NCBI GenBank assembly: GCA_903884815.1
Contig: CAISGE010000021.1
Coordinates: forward strand, 64,448-128,447
Direction of reading: 5' to 3'
Length of the DNA stretch: 64,000 bases
Source: Candidatus Omnitrophota bacterium
Lineage (GTDB): Bacteria; Omnitrophota; Omnitrophia; Omnitrophales; Aquincolibacteriaceae
The notes under the pieces were generated by a model. It was not told the origin of the DNA. It saw nothing but the letters and a program-made list of their open reading frames with translations, and searched no databases. The position numbers and the translations under genes are program-made. This document shows, one piece after another, positions 57,920 to 64,000 of this stretch (the stretch's first letter is position 1; every line of letters starts with the position of its first letter).

Positions 57920-58020
57920 GTTGCTATCCCCTCTCAATTTAATATCACCGTCATCATGAGACGCACGAACAGCTTCGAAGGATTTCAAAGCAGCCCGCGT
58001 AATCACAAAACAGACGAACT

Positions 58021-60570
58021 TTACTCGCTGGCTTTATTGTTCTGCTGAGCCGCTTCGAGTGTCTTGATATCCTCGGACGACAACTTCGGCCGGTCGATCT
58101 TGATCGTCAATTTGTTGAGTTTTCCCGTAAAAGTGAACGGCGGCTGGTAATCCGCATCGTTTACGCCTGTCAACGTATCCGAGCCGATATCAAAGCTCTC
58201 GTCCCATTGCAGGATCATGGGAAGCGTGTGCGGCATGGCCTGGGTATCCACGACCTTTCCATCCACCTTAAGCATGCCGGTACCGGGGCGACCGAGACCG
58301 CTCATGTTGTTGAATGCGAGCGTTCCCACTCCAAGACCGTCGTATTTGAAATCGAATTCAACGGTGTGCTTACCGGGAGTAAGCGCATCCGGAGATTCCC
58401 ACCGAATGCGCTTCAAGTCGACGAGGTTCCAGAGGAACACCGGTTTCCCTTTGAGCAAATAAAATCCGTAACCGGCGAACCGGCCGCCGGAGGTTAGAAG
58501 CATACCTTCGGCTCCTTCGGCGGGGACTTCGATATCCGCGGTAATGGTGTACGAGCTGTTCAGGATGGACGGCGAATCGCCCTGAGGTAGACCGACCATG
58601 GGTTTGGTATAAACAAACTCAGTGCGACCGGCCGTGATATTCGGACGCGGGGCCACAAGGCGACCGGCAACGGAGGCATCCATCGGGAAAACTTGGTATT
58701 TCTTGGCTTCCTCAATGAACATCGCCTTCATCTTCTTGACCTTGTCGGGATATTGATCAGCAATATTCTTGGACTGGCTGAAGTCCGTGTTCAGGTCGTA
58801 GAGCTCAAGCACCTGGTTGTTAAGCGGATCGGTGTTGGCAGGGCCGAAGGCTTCCCACGGCGCGCGGTTCACCTTGGTGCTCAAGAGCCATCCTTCATTA
58901 TAAAGAGCCCACTGTCCCATCATCTCGAAATACTGGGTTTTGTGCCGCGAGACAGCTTTGGCATTCGCCTGGTCGAACGTATAAACGAGGCTCGTCCCCT
59001 CGATGGGCGCCTGCTTGATACCGTCCACGGTTTCGGGCGCCTGGATACCGGCGGCCTCGAGGATGGTCGGCACGATGTCGATCACATGGCAGAATTGCTC
59101 ACGCAAACCGCCCTTGTCCTTAATGCGTGCCGGCCAAGAAACCACCATGTTCTGGCGAATGCCGCCGAGCTTGGACGCGTTCTGCTTGAACCAGGTAAAC
59201 GGTGTATCAAAAACCCAAGACCAACCGGCCGACATGTGGTTGTAGGTCTGCTCGGTCCCCCACACGTCATACCACTTCATTTGCGTCTCGACAGGCATCT
59301 CGTTGACACCGTTGAACCAAGCGACTTCGTTAGGCGTCCCCATGGGGCCACCTTCGGCACTGGTACCGTTGTCACCATTGATGTAGATGATCAGCGTGTT
59401 ATCGAGCTTGCCCATGTCTTCAATGGCTTGAATAACCCGACCGGTCTCATAATCGCTATAGGCCGCATAGGCAGCAAAGACTTCCGCCTGTTTGATAAAA
59501 AGCTTCTTCTCCTCGGCTGTCAAATCATCCCAGTTCTTGAGAATTTTCGATGGCCAAGACTCCAGCTGCGTGTTCTGCGGGATCACGCCGAGGCGTTTCT
59601 GGTTCTCAAAGATCTTCTCGCGAAGCTTGTTCCACCCTTCGTCAAAGAGATGCATGTTATGGATCTTATCCACCCATTCCTTCGTCGGATGATGCGGCGC
59701 ATGAGTGGCTCCCGGCGCGTATTTCATGAAGAAGGGTTTCTCGGGCATCGTTTGATTCATACGATTGAGATAATCAATGGCATCATCGGCCATCCCGGTG
59801 ACCAGATTCCAGCCGGGTTTACCCTCGAAAGGATAAATCTGGGTGGTATTGCGAAAGAGATTCGGCTGCCACTGATTGGCATCACCGCCGACAAAACCGT
59901 AGAAATACTCGAAGCCCATACCAATCGGCCATTGATCGAACGGTCCGGCCTGGCTGGCGGCAAAGGACGGAGTGTTGTGCTCCTTGCCAAACCACGAAGT
60001 AGCATAGCCGTTATCAAGCAAAATGCGTCCGATCGTAGCCTTGTCTTCGGCGATAATGCTGTTATAGCCCGGGAAGCCGGTGGACTGTTCGGAGACCACA
60101 CCGAAACCTGCCGAGTGGTGATTGCGACCGGTGATAAGCGCGGCACGCGTCGGGGAACTCAGCGCCGTGGAATGAATGTTGTTGTAACGAAGACCGCTCT
60201 GTGCAAGGCGATCCATCGTGGGCGTCGGGATAACACCGCCGAAGGTACTCGGTACGCCAAATCCGGAGTCATCGGTAATGATGAGCAGCACATTGGGTGC
60301 GCCTTTAGGCGGCACGGTACGCGGCGCCCACCAAGGTTTCGATTGAAGGGCATCATTCTTGATCACACCGCCGAATTTCGCATCGGGCGCGGGAAGTTGT
60401 TTGCCATCAATGCTTGCCGTCGCGCTTGCGGAACCCATTTCTCCGCTCACGAGCTGGCGCACAGGCTGCTTGTCATCTTGATTCGTCTTACAGATACCGG
60501 GCGTCGGCATGAACAAAGTCGCGAGACTCACACCGAGACTGATGCTCGATGTTAATTTGTTTTTTTTCAT
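58021..60570 (-). CDS. Arylsulfatase (Ser-type signature SSPTR), long AtsA-like form
   Basis: APNVLLIITDD.GFG.PSTFGG, HSTALSSPTRAALITGRNHH, GATHAPHH, GDNG.SAEG, TQYFEM. Confidence 0.95.
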   Translation of the reverse strand: MKKNKLTSSISLGVSLATLFMPTPGICKTNQDDKQPVRQLVSGEMGSASATASIDGKQLPAPDAKFGGVIKNDALQSKPWWAPRTVPPKGAPNVLLIITDDSGFGVPSTFGGVIPTPTMDRLAQSGLRYNNIHSTALSSPTRAALITGRNHHSAGFGVVSEQSTGFPGYNSIIAEDKATIGRILLDNGYATSWFGKEHNTPSFAASQAGPFDQWPIGMGFEYFYGFVGGDANQWQPNLFRNTTQIYPFEGKPGWNLVTGMADDAIDYLNRMNQTMPEKPFFMKYAPGATHAPHHPTKEWVDKIHNMHLFDEGWNKLREKIFENQKRLGVIPQNTQLESWPSKILKNWDDLTAEEKKLFIKQAEVFAAYAAYSDYETGRVIQAIEDMGKLDNTLIIYINGDNGTSAEGGPMGTPNEVAWFNGVNEMPVETQMKWYDVWGTEQTYNHMSAGWSWVFDTPFTWFKQNASKLGGIRQNMVVSWPARIKDKGGLREQFCHVIDIVPTILEAAGIQAPETVDGIKQAPIEGTSLVYTFDQANAKAVSRHKTQYFEMMGQWALYNEGWLLSTKVNRAPWEAFGPANTDPLNNQVLELYDLNTDFSQSKNIADQYPDKVKKMKAMFIEEAKKYQVFPMDASVAGRLVAPRPNITAGRTEFVYTKPMVGLPQGDSPSILNSSYTITADIEVPAEGAEGMLLTSGGRFAGYGFYLLKGKPVFLWNLVDLKRIRWESPDALTPGKHTVEFDFKYDGLGVGTLAFNNMSGLGRPGTGMLKVDGKVVDTQAMPHTLPMILQWDESFDIGSDTLTGVNDADYQPPFTFTGKLNKLTIKIDRPKLSSEDIKTLEAAQQNNKASE

Positions 60571-60616
60571 TTTAGTTCCCCCCGTGGAAGGTTAAAAAAG
60601 AAAAAATCCGTTCGTC

Positions 60617-61327
60617 TCAAATCCAGCCCTGTTGCTGGAAGCGGGTCTGGAGCCGGCTCGCGATCTCCTGGGCGGTCTGTTGAGCCCGTCCCTGAACCGT
60701 GCTGCTGCCATTTTCCTCCTGATAAACTTTCATGCCGCCGCCCACTATAAGCCCCACGGGATTGCCAGTGGCGAGAAGCGTGGCAAGGCCCGCAGCGCCC
60801 CCCGGTGTTTTTCCTCCTGTGGAATCCGCAACGCCGGACCCGAGTTTGCGAAGTCCTTGTGACGTCATCTGATAAACTTCAACCATGGCTTTTAGTTCAG
60901 ACGCACCAGCGCCCAATCCGATCCCGACACGTTCCGCGGCATTGCCTTGATTGACCGAGAGAAGATAGCCCCGGATCACAAGGTCATTGAGCTGTGGCTG
61001 GGAGGGTGAAAAAGCAAGCCTCGCCGGTAACCCCATTCCCACGATCGCCCCGATCAATTGGCTCGCTATTTCGGAGCCAACCCTGCGTCCCTCGGCGATC
61101 TGGTCGGGCGTCTGAGCTATTTGCGGATCAAATTGTCCGGCAATGGAAGCATTGGCGGGCATATCAGACGGCGTCGCGGCAAAGCGGTAGACCCAGATCG
61201 TATTGGGCCTTGGAAGCTGGCCGACGTAATTGATCTGCGTATCGCTCACGTCCGTTGAAGCGCATCCGGAGACAAGAGCCGCCAAGAGTACCGGAATAAG
61301 AAACTGAATAAGCCTTTTCGATTTCAT
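60617..61327 (-). CDS. DUF4410 family lipoprotein
   Basis: Lipobox VSGC; LPRP..I.V..F, I.G....V.QGN...R..IG.GAG.S, G.TPG. Confidence 0.82.
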   Translation of the reverse strand: MKSKRLIQFLIPVLLAALVSGCASTDVSDTQINYVGQLPRPNTIWVYRFAATPSDMPANASIAGQFDPQIAQTPDQIAEGRRVGSEIASQLIGAIVGMGLPARLAFSPSQPQLNDLVIRGYLLSVNQGNAAERVGIGLGAGASELKAMVEVYQMTSQGLRKLGSGVADSTGGKTPGGAAGLATLLATGNPVGLIVGGGMKVYQEENGSSTVQGRAQQTAQEIASRLQTRFQQQGWI

Positions 61328-61375
61328 GATCATTTCCTTATATTTGAGGTTGGTTCCGGGAAACAAAACCCGCAG

Positions 61376-61876
61376 TTAACTGACGCTGTAGCCTTTGCCG
61401 GTCATGCAGGCCGAAAAAGCTCGATTGTAGGTGGCATATTGATTCTGTAACTTCGTCACCTGTTGCTGTGATTGTTGGGCTTGCGCTTCACGGGACATAT
61501 CAATCTTTTGCCCAACACCCCGCATGGCACCCGCCGTGACTCCCATCGTAGCGCCTTTCCCGGCACCCGAATCCATGTTTTTATTGATCGCCCCCAATGC
61601 TGATCCTACGGCCACACCGCGAACCGCTCCGCGAAGGACGGGTCTTTGCTGCGGCGCTACATTTTGCGATTGTGCAACTGAAAGTTGCCCCTGGAGATAA
61701 GCCGGATTCACTCCTGTGGTTTGCTGTGCCCATACTTGGCAGGCATTGGCATCCGATCCTTGCTGCTGAGGATTTTGACCATTTTTTGGATAAACGATCG
61801 GCTGCTCAACATTTGCCGCCAAAGCCTGACTGCCACCCGCCATGATCAAAAAAGCCATGATCATAAAATATCGCAT
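61376..61876 (-). CDS. Glycine-zipper (YMGG-like) exported protein
   Basis: YP..GQ...QQ..D...C..WA.Q.TG, GA..G...G...GA, Y.RA.SACM.GKGYSV. Confidence 0.85.
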   Translation of the reverse strand: MRYFMIMAFLIMAGGSQALAANVEQPIVYPKNGQNPQQQGSDANACQVWAQQTTGVNPAYLQGQLSVAQSQNVAPQQRPVLRGAVRGVAVGSALGAINKNMDSGAGKGATMGVTAGAMRGVGQKIDMSREAQAQQSQQQVTKLQNQYATYNRAFSACMTGKGYSVS

Positions 61877-61895
61877 TTTGTCATCCTCCGTGTGT

Positions 61896-63227
61896 TTAGA
61901 AACTTACCGCGCCGGCGGGGCTCCCCGCATTTTCTTTTTTGCTGTCGACTTCGCCCTTGCCGAACTTCCAGCGAAAGGTCATTCCGACACAATTGATGAA
62001 CTGATTGTAGTCTCCTTCAAATTGTTTTCCGAGTACCGTCCCATCCGGAACGATCACTTGAAGGTCCTTATCGATGCGGGCCTTTCCAAGGTCGATGAAC
62101 TCATAATTGAGACTGATCACCATGTTTTTGTTGAGATCATAATCAAAACCCGTCGCGTAGCGCCACTGTTCGGAAGCCGGTAATGTTGGAAGCCGGTTTG
62201 CGAGCGATGTCGGATCGCTATCATAAGAAAACCCCGCTTTCAGCAGCAGCCGCTGGACCGGACGATAATGGGCACCGAGACCGACCCTCCAGGTATCCTT
62301 CCAGTCTTCGTTAACATCCACCGTCGTTTTAGGAAAACGTATTGTTTCACGGTTGAACGCGCTCCAGTCCTGCCACCCCACATCCGCGAGCACCGCCCAT
62401 TGGGGGTTGAGGTCTTGATAGCCGCTCACCATAATGCTTCTCGCGATCGGAAGCTCGATGTGCATTCGGGGATGACCGCCTACATTCGCGCCCAGAACAG
62501 GTCCAAGACCCTCAGTTTTTGCTTTCCCCTCCAAATTAAAATTCGCCTGGGAGCGGTACGCCACGCCAATCCGCGTCCCCTTCCTTGGCTCCAGCAATAC
62601 CCCGAGGTTATACCCCACGCGCCAATCGGACGCCGTGACTTTGAGATTTCCATCACTAGGTCCGAGGTTATTAACCGCCATCTCGTTCTTAGCGACGGCA
62701 TAATAAACCGAAAGACCCGCACCGACAGACAGCCAATCGTTCACTTTATACGCGACTGAGGGATTAATATTCGCGACTGCCAACATGGATTCCTGAATGG
62801 CATACCGGCCCTTCCAACTGTGGTCATAATCAATCCCGAATCCCGCGGGAGCGTTTAAGGCAAGGCCCACGGCGGCTCGGCCGTTGAATAACTTTTGCAC
62901 GTAATAAAACCCGCCGCCCGGAAGGACCATGCCCGCATTCCCGCCGTCATTCCCCGTGGGGGGATTTGTGACACCGCTATCCGTTCTGAATTTTGCAGTA
63001 TAGACCATGAGCTGACTTCCTAATTCAAGTTCGGAGCGCTCGAGGTGGGTCATGCCGGCCGGATTGAAATAGGCGATCGAGGCATCTTCCGCGTAAGCCG
63101 CCTGCCCGACATTCGCCGTCCCGATACTCGGCTGTCCTTGTTCATAAGACGTCAGCCCGCTCGCCAAAATGGTTCCGGGAACGAGGCCCAAAGCAACCAT
63201 CACCATCGCAAGATAACGCATTCTCAT
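61896..63227 (-). CDS. OmpP1/FadL/TodX family outer-membrane transporter
   Basis: G....EQ....G.A..G.AA.AEDAS..YFNPAGM..L, NINPS.AYKVN..LSVGAG, G.AYRS, W.DTWR.G.G..Y. Confidence 0.93.
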   Translation of the reverse strand: MRMRYLAMVMVALGLVPGTILASGLTSYEQGQPSIGTANVGQAAYAEDASIAYFNPAGMTHLERSELELGSQLMVYTAKFRTDSGVTNPPTGNDGGNAGMVLPGGGFYYVQKLFNGRAAVGLALNAPAGFGIDYDHSWKGRYAIQESMLAVANINPSVAYKVNDWLSVGAGLSVYYAVAKNEMAVNNLGPSDGNLKVTASDWRVGYNLGVLLEPRKGTRIGVAYRSQANFNLEGKAKTEGLGPVLGANVGGHPRMHIELPIARSIMVSGYQDLNPQWAVLADVGWQDWSAFNRETIRFPKTTVDVNEDWKDTWRVGLGAHYRPVQRLLLKAGFSYDSDPTSLANRLPTLPASEQWRYATGFDYDLNKNMVISLNYEFIDLGKARIDKDLQVIVPDGTVLGKQFEGDYNQFINCVGMTFRWKFGKGEVDSKKENAGSPAGAVSF

Positions 63228-63338
63228 ACCACCCCCATGTTCAAATAGTTTAAGTCAGTCAGGGATCTTTGACCCGCAAGCCTCAAAATGAATCTCTTCC
63301 GGTGTAATACCCCTCTCTCGAATCCAACTTCACGGTGT

Positions 63339-63443
63339 TCAGTTACGTGTTTTCGAACGTTGTAACCTTGACCTGATTGGAGAGATCTCGCTGGGCACAT
63401 CAGGCATTATCCTCGCATTTCTTCGTTTCTTTGCCTTAGCCAC
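63339..63443 (-). CDS. Possible 34-aa basic peptide
   Basis: AGGAGA directly before GTG; MAKAKKRRNARIMPDVPSEISPIRSRLQRSKTRN; RBS spacing is short. Confidence 0.3.
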   Translation of the reverse strand: MAKAKKRRNARIMPDVPSEISPIRSRLQRSKTRN

Positions 63444-63525
63444 TTCTCCTTTTTCTATCACCAGACCCAGCGATAATAGCGTTAACTTAAATCCAAGTCT
63501 AGTCGCTTAAATCAATCGGATATCA

Positions 63526-63999
63526 TTAGACGCGGATAACTCCCAAATTTTTGAGAGCGACCAGGATGATCTGCATGGCCAAGGCCACCTGCACAAATAC
63601 CAGTACGGAGCCGAGCACAAAAAGGATAATCATCAATCCCGGCATCTTCATGACGCGATCGATGAAGTACATGACCAGGAAATCCAGCACGATCATGATC
63701 CCCAGGCATAGGACTACCGCTTGCACCATGCCCGGATACTGAGGTTCAAGCATGATGCAGATCAATATAGCGGCAATGCCGGCAGGCGGAACAATCCCGG
63801 GGACAGCCACCGGCGAGGCCGCGAGTTGACTCGCCGCGGGTGTGCCGGATTGGGGGCTCGACGGGTGAGGTTTATGAAAAATGGCCAGCAGCGCGGAAAT
63901 CATCAAGACCAGTCCACCCGCGATCCTCACAGCCTCGATGGAGATGCGGAACCTGCTCAAAAGGATTTCTCCGGCCAGCACCACAAACAGACAGATCGC
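63526..63999 (-). CDS. MarC family membrane protein (5' end beyond window)
   Basis: GE.LL..F.IS..A.RIAGGLVL...AL, A.SP.A.P.IV.P.GIA; the frame stays open to the window edge. Confidence 0.85.
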   Translation of the reverse strand, partial: AICLFVVLAGEILLSRFRISIEAVRIAGGLVLMISALLAIFHKPHPSSPQSGTPAASQLAASPVAVPGIVPPAGIAAILICIMLEPQYPGMVQAVVLCLGIMIVLDFLVMYFIDRVMKMPGLMIILFVLGSVLVFVQVALAMQIILVALKNLGVIRV

Positions 64000-64000
64000 T

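Noticed and set aside
58693-60555. Long plus-strand ORFs (also 2514-3953, 13683-14960, 32819-34033, 37604-38872, 39635-40972)
   Set aside because: They are antisense shadows of well-supported minus-strand genes in GC-rich DNA, with no recognisable motifs.

Overview
Bacterial (diderm, probably anaerobic) genomic window in which every credible gene lies on the minus strand. Gene content and style suggest a PVC-type lineage such as Omnitrophota, but this is inference only. Bases 1-21000 are core-like: a CCA-type nucleotidyltransferase, rmuC, an RNase E/G, a type IV pilus locus (stand-alone MshEN protein, two PilB ATPases, pilC, two tandem near-identical pilins, pilMNOPQ), nth-like/thpR/cinA/pgsA-pgpA fusion/rimO, and tRNA-Arg(TCT). 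From about 21.1 kb to past the window end is a co-oriented cluster of more than 42 kb dominated by exported and envelope proteins: three arylsulfatases with Ser at the formylglycine position, a radical-SAM anaerobic sulfatase maturase, a HAD-2H fusion, patatin and two lipase-like hydrolases, an Lnb/DUF4105 protein, an Mla/PqiC ABC system, FadL and two other predicted beta-barrels, DUF2092/DUF3313/DUF4136/DUF4410 proteins, Gly/Arg-rich secreted proteins, ion channels, two PP2C phosphatases, PPK2, PFK and a GH63. This cluster is the best candidate for an undescribed system (envelope lipid/sulfate-ester harvesting or remodelling adapted to anoxia). Small palindromic repeats of two families are scattered in intergenic spaces. 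Family assignments come from motif recognition by eye; no database searches were run.
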